From the NCBI GenBank assembly GCA_964016885.1, contig OZ024742.1, positions 248,496,001 to 248,560,000 of the forward strand: DNA of 64,000 nt. The letters run 5' to 3'. The position numbers were made by a program, and so were the translations under genes. This stretch comes from Eledone cirrhosa (Eukaryota). Shown in pieces: positions 14,321 through 30,554 of the stretch; the first letter of the stretch is position 1; every line of letters starts with the position of its first letter. The notes beneath the pieces were generated by a model. That model saw only the letters and a program-made list of their open reading frames with translations. It was not told where the DNA came from and searched no databases.

Positions 14321-17300
14321 TTGCATTTATCTTGCTTTATGTTCATACGAGTTATCACCAAGTCACAACCAGTGACCTCAAGAGACAACAAGGTCCGCCA
14401 TGTTCAAGAAAGAACATACATATTCACACATGCATCCTAGTGTTTAGACTTGTGATGTACTTATATTGACAGGATCTTCCTTAGTATATGGGCAGTTCCC
14501 ATTAGTACTATCTTTTGTATTTCTCCTATACGCGGGTTTCCTGGGATCTGCGATAAGTAGTCGTTAGACCCCTTAGGTATCATTCCTAGAGCGCCTACAA
14601 CCACTGGTATTGTTTTAGTTCTCAATTTCCACATTTTTCCAATTTCTATCTCCAGGTCCTTATACTTGCTCACTTTTTCAAATGTTTTTATAGATACATT
14701 CTTGTCTATTGGAACAGACATATCAATTAGCAGGCATACCCTCCTTTGAAAGTCCTTCAATATTATATCAGGTCTATTTGCATCTATTTTTCGGTCTGTT
14801 TGGATGCTAAAGTTCCACAAGATTGAGATGTGATCTTTTTCAAGTATGGGAGGTGGTTGATGCTCCCACCAATTCTTTTGATGGGGCAGGTCAAAATGCT
14901 TACACATTATCCAATGTATGTATTGTGCAGCTCTGTCATGCCTGTTTAGGTATTCGGTTGGAGCTATAGGACTGCACATTGAAATTATATGGTCAATGGT
15001 CTCTTGTTGTTATTTGCATACACGGCATAATGGGCTGCACCCATTTTTTATTATGTTGGCTTGGTAATTTTTTGTTGGCAGACACTGATCTTGTGCCGAT
15101 ATAATCAGTCCTTCAGTCTCCGATTTCAGTCCAGATGATGCCAACCACTGATGGGTTAAAGTTTTGTCAACATCAGGATTGTTAGCTCGCTCTGGGTATT
15201 TTCCATACAGAGGCTTTTCTTGCCATTTTTTAGCCAGTTTCTGTAGCAGTTCTTTCTTTGCAGTTACTTTTACCTGCTTTGCTTTTTCTGTGTTTTCCAT
15301 TTCAGCAGTAAATGGGACTTCTGAAATTTGTAGTCCATTACTGTATCTTTGTGCATCTTTTGTAATGGAATATGATCTTTTGGTGCTTTCGTGTTTCAAA
15401 ACGAGTTTGATCATCCAATCATGTGATTCCCTTAGATATGTGGATAATCCAATTGTTGCAGTTTTCAACGCAATGTCTAACTGAATTAACCCACGTCCTC
15501 CTTCTTTCCTAGGGAGATATATTCTATCTATGTCTGCCTTAGGGTGATGCATTCTGTGCATGGTTAAGAATTTTCGGATTTTTGTATCGAGCCTACGGTT
15601 GATGACATTGTAACTGTAAGTTACTACTGGTATGGCAAGCGTGTTTATGGTATCGATCCTATTCCTTGCATTCAATTCCGTTCTTAAGATTGCTCTGACT
15701 CTGCGGTAACATTCCTTCCTTATCCTTTCCCTCATTGTCGAGTGCTTGATTCCGTCTCCTTCACAAACACCTAGATATTTGTAAGTTTTTTCTTGATCAA
15801 GTTCTCTTATCACGTTCCCCCGATCAAGATTAATGTCTGAACTCTTCAGCAGCTTTCCTCTGGTGAACGTTGCTTTGGCGCATTTATCCAGTCCAAACTC
15901 CATTTTAATGTCATCACTGAACTGCTTCACAGTGGATAATAGCCCTTGCAATTGTTCATCATTTTTTGCAAATAGTTTCAGGTCATCCATGTAGAACAGG
16001 TGATTAATGGTTTTGTCATAGACTCTATATCCATGTTTTGTTTCATTGAGCATTTTACTTAATGGTATAAGTGCGATGCAGAATAAAAGCGGTGATAAAG
16101 AGTCACCCTGAAAAATTCCACAATTAATATTAACTTCTCCAGCTTCCAGTGATTTTGTTTCACTATTCAAAAGGAGTGTCGTTCTCCATGTCCTCATACT
16201 GAATGACAAAAACCTCCTGACAACGGGGGATATTTTGAAAATCTCTAAACATTTTTCAATCCAACTGTGTGGCAAACTATCGAATGCTTTTTTATAATCT
16301 ATCCAAGCAATCGATAGATTTTTGTGTCTATTATGACAATCTTCCAGTATCATTTTGTTAACCAGAAGCTGATCCTTACAGCCATATGAGCCTCGTTTAC
16401 ACCCTTTCTGCTCAATGGGAAATAGGTCATTTGTTATCAGGTGGTCATATATGTATTCAGTTAGGACTGATGTTAACATTTTATACATTGTGGTCAAGCA
16501 GGTTATCGGTCTGTAATTTTTGGGATTGTTTGTCTCATCATTCTTCGGTAGCAGGAATGTAATGCCGTTAACTAGCCATGATGGTATCTTTTCTGGCTCC
16601 TTAACTATTTCATTGTAAAGTTGGGCTAACAGCTCATGAGACTCTGTGAAGGCATTTATCCAAAAGTTTTGTATTTTGTCTTTTCCTGGGGATTTCCATT
16701 TGCTGGTTTTTCTTAGAGCCAAGCGCAGCTGTTCAACTGTTATATTTTCACATGTTTGTTCTTCAAGGTGAGCTGTTTCTTTCATTTGTCTGTCTATCCA
16801 TGGGGCATGTATGTTATGAACTTTTTCTTCGGCCCAGATCTTTTCCCAGAATTCTTGCACTTCCTCCTTGGGTGGTATTGATTTAGCAGTTATTGTTGAC
16901 TTACCAATTTTTCTGTAGAAGTTTCTTTGGTTGTTTTTGAACATATTATTGTCCTTATAGAATCTAGATCGTTTTTCAAAGCGCCTTATACGAGCAGCTT
17001 TGGCCGACACTTTTTGCTTGATTGTTTCTATCAGCATGTCTATGTCACATGTTGATCTTATACTGTACTTTTTTTCAATTTTCTAAGTTTTGTTTGTTTA
17101 ACATGTTCACCTACTTTATAGGTTGTTAAAATTTCTATGTCAGATCGGAGATGGTTTATTTGGCGATTGATGTTATCTTGCCAAGTAGATTTCTTGTGGG
17201 AATTCCTTTGTTTTTTCATCTTCACTCCACATAAGTGAGTGGTGACTTTAGCCGATGCATAATAGAGATGATTTAAGTCAGTAATGTTTAGTTTGTTTCT

Positions 17301-18262
17301 GATGATAATGTTTTTGAGAATTATGTTAGTCTTGTGTATTATCTTTTGGTTCTGTTTGGAGTTCTGGATCTTAGGGAGGGTGTCTCGTTGCCCTATGTCA
17401 GATTCTTTCATTTTCATCCATTCGATCATAATTTCATCCTTCAAGTTGGCAAGTTCATTCTCATTCATTTCTTTATCATTTACGATCTCATTATTTTCAT
17501 TTGGAGTTTCATCCTGAGCATGCACTCCCTCCACTTTTTCGCTCCTTTCTTTAATTTGTTCTGTTGCCAGTGATTCCGCCCCAACCCTGGGATTCGAAGT
17601 GTTACAGTTTACCTCGTTTTCACTGACACATGCTTCATTTTCCCTTCGCTGACTTTGTGCTACTAGCTTGATCTGATCAATTTCTATATCAGTTAGTAAC
17701 TTTTTTCTTACAATATTTCTTCGTATATTGGCTAGTTTGTTACTGTCAATATAGCCTCTGTTTTCGTGATGTTTCTTTTTCCAGTTGATATATGTTTGTT
17801 CTGTATTCGATGTATTTGATGGGTAGTACATGGCAGTGTAGAAAGCCTCAAGGACTTCTTTATTATCTTCCCTTGACCATTTTTCTCTCTTTTTCTTTGG
17901 ATTTCTTGGTGGTGAGCATGGAGGGCCAACAGTAGGCGTATTCCGGTTATGGGAGGTCTCCAGCTCCGAAGTGATGGGAAGGTTTGAACCATTAGCTGAT
18001 TTTTCGACCCCAGTCTGGTTCCTCTCTGAGGGACGCGGCCCTTTTTTATCCGGGTGACGGCCGATCCGGTATGAGATTTTATCATTAGACATTTACTTTA
18101 TTTTGTCGCGTTTTATCCTTATCCGCCAAGGGGTAATCATTTCGTGTTACCACTTCTAGAACGAGTGTCAAGCAAAACTAGAGGGGTCGTTCTCCCCTAG
18201 AGACATGGCTATTTCCCGCCGGCCGCCATCCCGGTATTTCTTGGTCACGGGGTTTTATTTTT
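14321..18262 (-). mobile_element. R4/Dong-clade non-LTR retrotransposon, family A copy 2 (longer 5' UTR)
   Basis: Near-identical head-to-tail copy of copy 1 (ORFs 17058-18092, 15010-17037, 14461-14979), separated from it by a short (TAA)n. Confidence 0.9.
14461..18092 (-). pseudogene. Disrupted single ORF: N-terminal domain + reverse transcriptase + zinc knuckle + restriction-like endonuclease
   Basis: The 675-aa RT ORF 15010-17037 is open; breaks near 17058 (frameshift) and 15010 (stop plus indel). Confidence 0.85.
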
Positions 18263-18788
18263 GTTGTTTTTTTTTAAATTGTTATTATCATGAGTGGTTC
18301 CTTAATGTGAGCATTGCGTGGCTTAAGAATGAAATTATTAATAATTGTCTCCACTCCAGGCACAAGGCCAGCAATCACCCAGTGCATTACAATAATATAA
18401 TATACTTTTTGTTGTAGTTGGCTGTTATTGTTGTTGGCTATGTCGGTGGTGGTGCCGGGGCTTTTTATATTGTTGGTGAGGAAGGGGTGAGCCAGCAGTC
18501 CCATAATTGTTGATGTAGACGTTTGGCCGGTGGCAAGGTCACCAAGTCAATCTATTTATATCTTTTGCTAGCCTCTCTCTTGTCTAGTGATACCGCCACC
18601 TTCCCTTTTCTCTCTCAAGTTAACAGGGGAATAGTGTCAGTAGCATTGAATGAGTGGTGGCGGCGATGATGGATGTGGTGGGTGATGGCAGCGGTGGTGT
18701 TGTGGTTACTGATATAGTATCTATGAGTTTGTGTTCGTATGTTTAATATATATTTTTATTATATTTTGTGTTGACATATTCCCGTAAA

Positions 18789-18839
<51 letters not shown>

Positions 18840-21786
18840 AAAGCCCCAACAAAACAAAAGAACATACACAACAAAAAATACAGACACCACTAACGCAAAC
18901 ACTTCCCCAATAACATCAGCACCAACAGCAACATCGACACCACCCCCACAATCCCCGAAACGCAAACAACCTAAACAAACACAAGTACAAATAAACACAC
19001 AAATACCTGAAATTGCAGACACCATACCTACAACAAACACATACATACCCGAAACAACACCACCAAAACCATCAGCACCAGTCACCAAAACGAAAACAAA
19101 TAAAACCACACCAACAAAATGTTAAAAACTTCGTGCTTGTCAGAAGGGCCAACGATAAACTGATGGCCCTCTTAGCACGAAGCGAGGACATTCAAACAGA
19201 GGGGGAGATTTTTGAATTGAGCACATTTTGCGTGCCAGAAGATTTGCTTCTGGTCCGAATGTCACTCGATTCCTTCAAAGAAATTGAAGAGAGCTTTCCG
19301 CAAGTCGTGGGAACCCCGAATGTGAAACCCACATCAAGACTTTTAAAGGGGTTCCCAAAAGAAACCTCACCAACCATGGAGGTCGAACCACCCGACCTTC
19401 ACAAGACCCCGGGAGGTAAGTAAACCTTCCCTCTCTCTTTTAGCTTGTCAACATGGCCATATTAAGAGAGGGAAGTTTAAATATTCGCGGCCTGGGGGTC
19501 ACCCTGGAAGCAGGGTCGCCTGCTCAACGACCTCAGGTCGCTGGAAATGGATGTGATTGCCGTCAGCGAGACCAGAATTTCCGACACGCGTGCACTAGCC
19601 CCCATTTTCGACGACTACCATCTGTTAGCAGGCCAGGAATGGGAGGTTGGGTGGCAGTGCTGTTTAGGAAAGACTGGATCTCGAGATAAGGTCGATCTTC
19701 CGGAAACCGGACGGTAAGTTGGTGATCTTGGATGTGAGCAGTAGCGAAGGTGGTGCCTTTACACTGTTGGCCGTCTACGCCCCAACAAGGGCCGGACTAC
19801 ATGACTTCTTGAGGAGCCTGGAGACCTTTCTGGGTACGTCTCGCCCTTTACAGTTAGCAGGGGACTGGAATGACATCTTAGACGCACGCTGGGATTGTGT
19901 GGGAGTAGCTGATAGGAGTGGGGGGGGGGTGCAGAAGCCTGAAGCACCTACTCAGCCAGTTCCAACTGTCTGACAGGTTCGACTAAATTTCCCCAATGTT
20001 CCAGTATGGACATGGACCAACCGAATGGGGTCATCTAGATCGTATATAGACAGGATCTTCATTAGGAAAATAGATAGAAATAGTGTAGGCTGCCCCATTT
20101 TAAAAACGGTCGCTTATTCAGATCACAAATTTGTGATATGCAGGTCAACCTAGATAAAACGCGTAGGTTAGGACCGGGTTACTGGAAGCTGAACATGTCA
20201 TTTCCGGCACGTAAGGTTTACAGGGACCGAGTCAACAATTTAGTTAAGCAAAAGTTGACAGGGGGGATCATCAGCAACAGATGGTGGGGGCTCTCGAAAG
20301 AGATATTAGAGTAACTTCGACAGAGTTCAGCAAAGAACTAGCGTTAGAGAAAAATAGAAACGAGGGGGAGCTGGTAGATGAGTTAGACGAGGCTATTTGT
20401 AGTGGCATTGCAACTGACATGCTAGCGGCAAGAATGGCATTTGACCATTTCTTCAATGCCAAACACGAAGGTTGCATTGTCAGAGCTAAGGCGCGTGCGC
20501 TGAGAAACGATTTAACCAAAGCTGTTCGATGGGGCCGCGTGGCGTAAGAGCAGCGTGGTAATAAAACAACAATTCGGTCTTTGGAGAACCGAGACGGACA
20601 CGAGATAAGCGATTCCAAGCAGGATGTGTGAGGCCTTTCGCCAGCACTTTGCCCGGTTGTTTGGTGAGAGTGGCGAGTCAGAGAGAGTAGCGGATGTCAG
20701 TCCCTAACTTGACGGCTTGCAGCGCATCTTGACAGTCGACGTTGAGCGCTGCGAAAGGCCGTTTACTTCAGCCGAAATTCAGGACGCCCTTGTCGGCTGC
20801 ATCAGGGGCAAGTCACCTGGTTTGGATGGCCTGCTCTATGAGCTTTACGTAAATATGCCAGACTTGTTCTCCGATCTCCTCGAAGCACTCTACTGCAACT
20901 GGCAGCAGGATGGGAGTATTCCCAGATCTATGAGCAGGGGAGTGGTGACGCTGATGAGGAAAGACGATAAGAAGAGGGATACATTAGACAACTTCAGACC
21001 CATAACTCAACACAGAGTTTCAGATTTTGGCCAAGGTGTTAGCAAAGAGATTGGCGCTTGTCGTCGAGGATTTGGTTGGGGAGGCGCAAACTTGCGCAAT
21101 CCCAGCCAGGTCCATACACGACAATCTCCACCTTATGCGATACATCATAGAGAGGGTAGGTGGATTCGGTGGGGGCACTGATCAATTTAGATCAATCGAA
21201 AGCATTCGATAGGGTCGACCATCGGTATCTGGAGTTTGTCCTCAAAGCAGCTGGCTTCGGCCCTGTCTTCAGAAACTGGATCGCTGCAATGCACAGCGGC
21301 ACACGCTCGGTGGTCAAGGTTAATGGCCACCTCTCGGAACCATTTCGGCACTCCCGATCGGTCCGTCTAGGGTGCCCTCTCTTTTCCCTTCTGTACTGAT
21401 TGACTGTCGAGCCTTTACTGCGGAAGCTGGAACTGTTGCAGGGCATCCCGCTCGAACCGGGACGTGGAAGGGAGGTGTCGGCTTATGCGGACGGTATCAC
21501 CGTGATGGTCTCGAACACCTCAGAAATCGGCGGTGGGCACCATATTGAAGGAATATGAAAGGTTGACAGGTGCCAAACTTAACCCGGAAAAGTCGGTGGG
21601 CTTGCAGCTCGGAACCTGGAGAGGCAAGACCATGCCGTCCAACAGCGTCGTGGTGCGCTGGACGGACGGACCGGTAAAGTTTCTCGGGGTTTGGTTCGGA
21701 CCAGACCTCCAGGTGGAAAAGAATTGGTACGAGGTAGCGAACAGAGTAGCCAGTCTCACCCAAAAATGGGCTGGGAGGAAGCTATC
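18840..21786 (+). mobile_element. Tx1/L1-like LINE, decayed and 3'-truncated
   Basis: APE motifs GSLNIRGL, LLAVYAP, AGDWN, SYIDRI, SDH; RT motifs GKSPGLDGL, LDQSKAFDRVDH, VRLGCPL, AYADG, VKFLGV; breaks off abruptly at 21786. Confidence 0.85.
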
Positions 21787-21864
21787 ACTAACATCAATGA
21801 CTGAGACTCAAAGAACAATAATAATAATAATAATAATAATTATTATTATTATTATTATTACTAT

Positions 21865-24068
21865 TGTTCTTTGAGTCTCAGTCATTGATATTAGTTAACT
21901 GGAAAGTTTGTTGAAATGAATATCAAGCCACTACCTGCAGCCTCAAATATTCAGGACGTATCGGAGGGTTCTTGCTCTTCCCAGCAGCATGCCTTTTGAA
22001 GCGTTCCAAAAAGCGTGGCGGGGCCAATTTTCTTTAACCATCCCTGGAAACTTTTGGAGATAGTACCTAGTGCGCCTATGACAATCGGACCACCATGACC
22101 TCATGGTAGTTCCAAATCCTTTAAGTCCTGGTATCGGTTAATTTACTCCCTCTCCTTCTCTTGCACTCTCGTGTCGAATGGGCAGGCCACATCCACAATC
22201 AGGCACGATCTTTTTTCCTTGTCCAAAACCACCAGATCAGGTCTATTGTGTTCCAGTTTCTTGTCCCTCTGTATCCTAAAATCCCACAGCACCTTCACCT
22301 GATCGTTTTCTATCACCGACTCTGGCTTATGCTCATACGACTTCTTATAATGTGGTAAATTGTTTACTTTGTATAGGTGCCAGTGGATCACCCTGCCCAT
22401 CATATCATGTCTCCAGCCCTTATAGTGAGTCTGGGCTAGGTGTTTACACTCGGATACAATGTGAGCCACAGTCTCCTCTCTCTCTCCACAGATCCTGCAC
22501 AGTGGGCTAGCCTCCTCCTTGTACATATGGTGTTTCAACCACTTCCTTTTGAGGGCCTGCTCTTGCGCAGCCATTAGCATTCCTTCTGTAGCCTTTTTAA
22601 GGTCTCCTCTTTTCCACCAGTTCTATGTCTGTCGATCTCTGAATTCAGTTTTCTCAAAGAAGGTACTATGAAGGGATTTTTCATGAAGGCTGCACTTTCT
22701 CCTTGTTGTTATTTCCTCCTTGGACATTCCCTGGTCTATTGTCCTCTCCACTACAATTCTGAGCATTGTCTCCTTACTATCAGTCACGTATTTGTGTAGG
22801 TTGTTTTTCTCCATCTGAACACATTCCTCTATGCTGATAAGACCTCTTCCACCTTCAGATCTCCTTAAGTAGAGTCTATCGACATCACTCCTCTTGTGGT
22901 ACATGTTGTAGATAGTTAATAGCTTCCTTGTCTTCCTATCCATTTCTTTTTGTTCAGCAACATTCCATCTCAGAATTCCCGCACTGTACCTAATAATAGA
23001 CACAGCTCGAGAATTTACTGCACTTATGGCATTCCTACTGTTCAGATGTGATTTTAATACGCTCCTTACTCTCCGAATGTATTCAGATCTTATCAATTCC
23101 TTCATTTTTTTGTTCTTAATATCATCTGCCTCCAGAACACCTAAATATTTGTATCCTTCTTCAATGTCAAATTACTTTATCATATCACCTGTTGGTACCT
23201 GGATTCCGTTGCTTCTGCTCAATTTACCCCTCTTCATCACTAGGACTCCACACTTACTAATACCAAATTGCATACATATATCATTGCTGAAAATACAAAC
23301 AGTGTCAACAAGTACATCCACCTCCTTCTCACGCTTCCCAAAGAGCTTAAGATCGTCCATGAAGAGGAGGTGATTGATGGTAAGCTCTCTTTGTCCCAAC
23401 TTGTATCCTGCTCTCACTTTTCGCAGTATAATGGTCAGGGGCATCAAGGCAAGGACAAACAACAGAGGGGAAAAACTATCTCCCTGGAAGATACCTCTCT
23501 TGATCTTCACGCCTGCCAAGGATTCTCCACCCGATGTTAACTCTGTTTTCCAGGACTTCATACTTTTGCTCAACAACTGTCTGATGTTATCTGCTACCTT
23601 GAAGATATCTAGGACATTGGTTATCCAAGAATGAGGTGCCATGTCAAATGCCTTTTTGTAGTCTATCCATCCCATGGCAAGACCAGTGTGTCACCTCTTG
23701 CAATTCCTCATTACCATCTTATCAATAAGTAACTGGTCCTTTGTACCACGGGACTTCTTTCTGCATCCTCTCTGTTCGTCCGGGAACAAGTTGTTTATGT
23801 GGAGGTGATGGTAGATTTCCTCAGACACAATGCTTGTTAACAGTTTCCACATTACGGACAGACATGTGGTAGGTCTATAGTTGGTAACATCATTACCCTT
23901 GATTCGGTCTTTCATTACCAGAACTGTGGTACCTTTTGTCAACCACTCTGGTACCCCACCTGACATCAAGCAGTCATTGAACATGGGTGTCAGTTTCGGG
24001 TGGAGGGATGTTATATTTTTAATCCTATACTCCTGCACACCATCTGGGCCTGGTGATTTCCAGTTGGT
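21865..24068 (-). mobile_element. R4/Dong-clade retrotransposon, family B, 5'-truncated
   Basis: ORFs 23691-24038, 23172-23675, 22623-23105 and 22143-22580 contain KDQLL, QGDSFSP, FMDDLK, CRIC..H..C, RHD and RPDLVV..DVACP; (TAA)n-type flanks. Confidence 0.88.
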
Positions 24069-24106
24069 TAGTTATAATTATTATTATTATTATTACTATT
24101 ATTATT

Positions 24107-24597
<491 letters not shown>

Positions 24598-25404
24598 GTG
24601 TTTTGATGTTGTTATTATTTTTATCGTTAATATTGTTATCGCCATCATAATCATCATCATATGCAATTAATTGTAAAAATGATAGATCGATTAAAGGGGA
24701 ATCGCTTTTTAATACGTACATGTGTGGTGGTGAGGAGATGGTCTTGGAAAGCAACGGCTGACATGACTTCCTGTATATGGTGGTGGTGAGGGCCATGGTA
24801 GTTGAGGTTGAGGCTTTGCGGGTTGTGGGTTGGGAGTAGAATGCAAGGAGATTTCGCTGGTCATTCTAGAATAATTTCGTATTGAAACTGCTATAATAGC
24901 GTTGTCAAAGTCTAGTGACAGGTTAATAATGCTGTAAAAAGCGGACAATAGTGCTTGCGTCTTGGACAGTTGCCATTGGGAAGATATTTCCCATTGGATT
25001 ACAAGTGTATAAGGATTAATTGACGTACGATAAAGACAGAATTTAGGGAGGTGGAAATTTGTTAGAGAGTAAAACGTACAAAATGCGAAAGAAAGAACAA
25101 AACTATAAAAAAATATCTAAATAAAATGTATCTGTGTAAAAAAAGGTAAGTATACATCAATACATACGTCCATATATACATTAATATATATATATATAGA
25201 TATACATATAAATGTATATATATGTATGTATATATATATATACACACATATAAATGTACATATATGTATATATATATATATATATATATACATATATATA
25301 CACACATATATGTATGTATATATATATATGTATGTATATATATATATATGTATGTATATATATATGTATGTATATATATATGTATGTATATATATATATA
25401 TATG

Positions 25405-25478
<74 letters not shown>

Positions 25479-25668
25479 TATATTTATATATATATATATA
25501 CATACATACATGCATACATAAACAAATGCCTGCATATATACTTACCGGATGGTGTGCATCGAAAATAAATGAGAAAACAGCTATAGCTAAGCCATTTCTA
25601 ATATGGGAATCATTTGCCATTTTCCTATAGTTCCCACAATATATATATATACGTATATATATATATAC

Positions 25669-25735
<67 letters not shown>

Positions 25736-25904
25736 TATATATATATATTTATTTATTTATATATATATATGTATGTGTGCGGTGTGTGTGAGTAAATGTG
25801 CTTGTGTCTGTATATATATACCTGTGTACTTTCGTCCAATTTTATATATATATATATATGTGTGTGTGTGTTGATATAAATATACAGAGAATTTATATAC
25901 ATAG

Positions 25905-26007
<103 letters not shown>

Positions 26008-26050
26008 GTATATATATATATATACACATATATATATATTAATATATATA

Positions 26051-26112
<62 letters not shown>

Positions 26113-26612
26113 TGTGTTTGTAAAGGAATAGATAGATAGATTGATAGATAAACGTGTTTGTCTCTCTTAAAATTTTGTAATATTATAATATACCTCATGT
26201 TTACTATTCAGCTATGCAATGTTGTTGTTATTATTCTTGTTGTTGCAATGCCCAAGAGTTTTTCGTTCCGCTGCGAAAATTGTTGTACAAAAAATGTTCA
26301 CATTTCGAAGTTAGTAATTACACACTCACGGACAGATACCACATATATGTCACTATGTCAGCCCCAAATCTCCATATACACCACACATCAACACCATGAT
26401 ATATATGACATGACATATGACTCCAATATAAACTGACTCAAATGAAACCACACACATATTTTGTTGTTTATATTTACTATTGATCGATGTGAGTTCATGA
26501 AGTCAAATCTCATATATTTATATATATATATATATATATATATGCATATATATTTGTGTGTGTATGTTTATGTGCGAGTTCATATCGATGTTTATCTACA
26601 TAAAGACATATA

Positions 26613-26970
<358 letters not shown>

Positions 26971-27005
26971 TATCCATGTATGTATATATGTATGTGTATG
27001 TATAT

Positions 27006-27052
<47 letters not shown>

Positions 27053-27407
27053 TGTGTATACTGTTATATGGGAAAAAAATAAAATAGAAACTTATCAATT
27101 TATTACGATGTTCCGACTGCAGTTTCGCTGCGTAATTCAATATTCTAATAGTTTAAGAAATTACCGACTGCGAGACCTCACAGCTCCCCACAGAACTACT
27201 CCTTCGAAGAAAATATTATTTCAAGTTAAACGTTGCTAGTGATAATTTCAAATTACCACGTGTTAAACCTAACCTTCAACGGAAGGGTAGTAGTAGGCGG
27301 TCAGTGCCGAGTAACGGGGCTGCTAGATGAAGCAGTTCGTTTCAGCCTATTTTATTCAACCGTGAGTACAGCACAAAATTATTGTATATATATATCTATC
27401 TCTCTCT

Positions 27408-27575
<168 letters not shown>

Positions 27576-27679
27576 GCACACACACACACACATACACACA
27601 TATATATATATTTCCACGTGAAATTAATAAACATTCGTTGTACTGCCTCTCTGTTTTGTTCCTGTTCAAATTTTTCCAT

Positions 27680-28019
<340 letters not shown>

Positions 28020-28489
28020 TATATAAATATATATGAATATATTGGTGGTGCGAATGTGATGAAGATGAGGATAAGAACATGAAGAAGAAATGTCGGAACT
28101 CCATTCTGCTCAACTGAAAATAGGCCTTAGTTATCCGTACTAAACTAGTCAACATTACATAGCCATTAATAATACAAGAAATATTTTATAAGTTGATGAC
28201 ATACATAATTGAAGTCTGTTGTGGAACAGAATGTCCGCTTTATTGAATATCTTTATTTCTATAAGTATAACATGCCTTAAAGTAGAAATGATATTATATC
28301 GGAGGAAAATTTATGTATGTTAAGTATGAAACAATTTTGTACGCTGTTTATAGGATTGGGATCAGTGTTAGGGCTCGAGTGAGAGTTAGGGTAAGATTTA
28401 GGTTTAAGGTTTACGCCGGTCCCAAGTAATGTTTAACGGATTGTCTAATCTGCTCGACGATTTGATCTAAATATTTACCAGAGCGAGTG

Positions 28490-28876
28490 TGTGGCTTGGC
28501 AAATTGGTAGATCGTCAAATACAATGACGTTGCCTTATTTGTTCAAGTTATTTACATTCTGAGTTCAAATCCAATTGAGGCCAACTTTAGAATAAAAGAA
28601 CAATCAAGCAGTGGCGTTGGTTCAATTAACGTTGCCTTTCTCCCAAATTTATTGGCCTTGGTCCTTAATTAGAAATAATTATTTAGGGTGGATGTGCAGT
28701 ATCGGTAGAAGGCCTGACGCCATGCTTTGCAACAAAGAGTTACGGCGCTTTATGGTCTGAGTTCAAATCCCGCCGAATTTAACTTTGCCTTTCATATTAC
28801 GGGGTCGATGAAATAAAGCACCAGTAATACACTGGGATAATTGCTGGCCTTGTGCCAAAAGTAGAAACAGTTATTT
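28490..28876 (+). mobile_element. Two tandem SINE copies (one decayed, one typical)
   Basis: GAGTTCAAATCC B-boxes near 28561 and 28759; GGCCTTG..AGAAA tails. Confidence 0.75.
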
Positions 28877-29415
28877 AGCAGAGTGATGCTGCTCGACATG
28901 AACACCGTACATCATTTGATTTTTTGGAAAGCGATGTTCATATCTTGAAATATAAAACAACTTGTAAAAGTTTAATATGTTGTTTTGCTTTCTGTCTATT
29001 TCTTTACCTTACTCTATTGGAGATTACTCTATTATAATTATAACTTGCATATTACCGTATTTTCCAAATCAATCATGACCACATTTCCTAACTATGTATT
29101 ATATAAACTATGTATATATGTAAAGTCACGTAACACCATGTGGAGACGTATGGGTACCAATGAGATACACGGTATTTCTGGGGCATTGTTTAAAACCTGG
29201 CGGTTCCCATCTAAATTCCCGCTCTCAACAGCCAATTTCTCCAGAGTAAAAGAGATTGTGTGAGAACAAGGATGTACGAAAGAGAAACAGAGAATGAATC
29301 GAACCAAGTACTGGACTGATGCTTACTTTATCAACCTCGAAAAGACGAGAGGCAATGTGACATCGAATATAAAGTATATATTTATACATGTGTATGGGTA
29401 TATATGTAAATATAT

Positions 29416-30554
29416 CTATCTCCAGTCTGTGTTGGCTGGCCATAGGTGGAAGAGGGAGTTCGTTGCTGTTGCCTTTAGGTTACCTTCATACCGTGCTGTG
29501 GGCTCATCCGGAATCCTGGATAGCAGGGTGTCGTGATGTTTCTTGAAAACATCCACATCCACACCATGTAGATCTCTCAGATCCCTTGGCAGCTTGTTGA
29601 TGAGTTGAGGGCCTTTGAACCCCTGGCTACTGCAGTACCTGCTCCTTACCCTAGATGTGGAAGATGGTACATTTGGCACCACACAGTGAGCTCCTAAACG
29701 AGGGTGGTCCAGCTCCCAATGCCAAAGTTTGGTGCTAGTCCCTCCAGGATTTTCCATATGTATATCACAGCGTATCTCTCCCGTCTTTGTTCCAAGGAGC
29801 AGAGTTTCAGTTCTTTTAGCCTCTCCCAGTAGCTTATCTCTTTAATTGTCGGAATCCACTTCGTGTAGCTTCGTTGGATTGCCTCAGGCTCCGTGGTTAA
29901 TTTGCTACCTTGAGGTGACCACAACTGGGAGCAATAGTCCAGGCAGCTTAGGACAAATGCCCTCCATAAAATCAACATGGCCTCTCGGTCTCTTGTGCAC
30001 AAATTCTCCCAGATCAAGCGAGTAAGTCATCCGCACATTGTCGCCACTTTCATGATGTGTTAGGAAAAAGATGCATCGTCGCTCATGTCTATTCCCAGGT
30101 CTATATCGATTTCGCAACGGGAATTTCGATCCCCCCTGGTCCACTGTAGCTGCATTGTACTGTATTTATGTGTTGTTTCAGTACGCATTTGTAGTGTTGT
30201 AGCAGCTGTGTAAGGCAGCTTCGTCCAGGGCGAAAGCCATGCTGCGTGCTAGTTAAGCGGTCATTTTCCTCTAGGAACGTGATCAGTTTCTTTCTGATGA
30301 TTCGCTCCATGATCTTACTGATATGTGATGTCAGGGAAACTGGCCTGAACATTTCGGCCTCCGCTCTGCTTTCTTCTTTATGAATAGGGCATATTGTGCA
30401 TTCTTTCAGCTCTCTGGGTATTTTACCGCTACCCAATGAACTTTTGAAGAGTATCATCAGTGGACTTGCTAAGGCACGCTTACATATTTTTTAGGAGGAC
30501 TGCTGGGAATATATCACATCCAGCACGTGGGTTTGTTCTAATTTAGTCTATGGT

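Noticed and set aside
28365-28415. TTAGGG-like repeats as interstitial telomere
   Set aside because: Only a few degenerate units.
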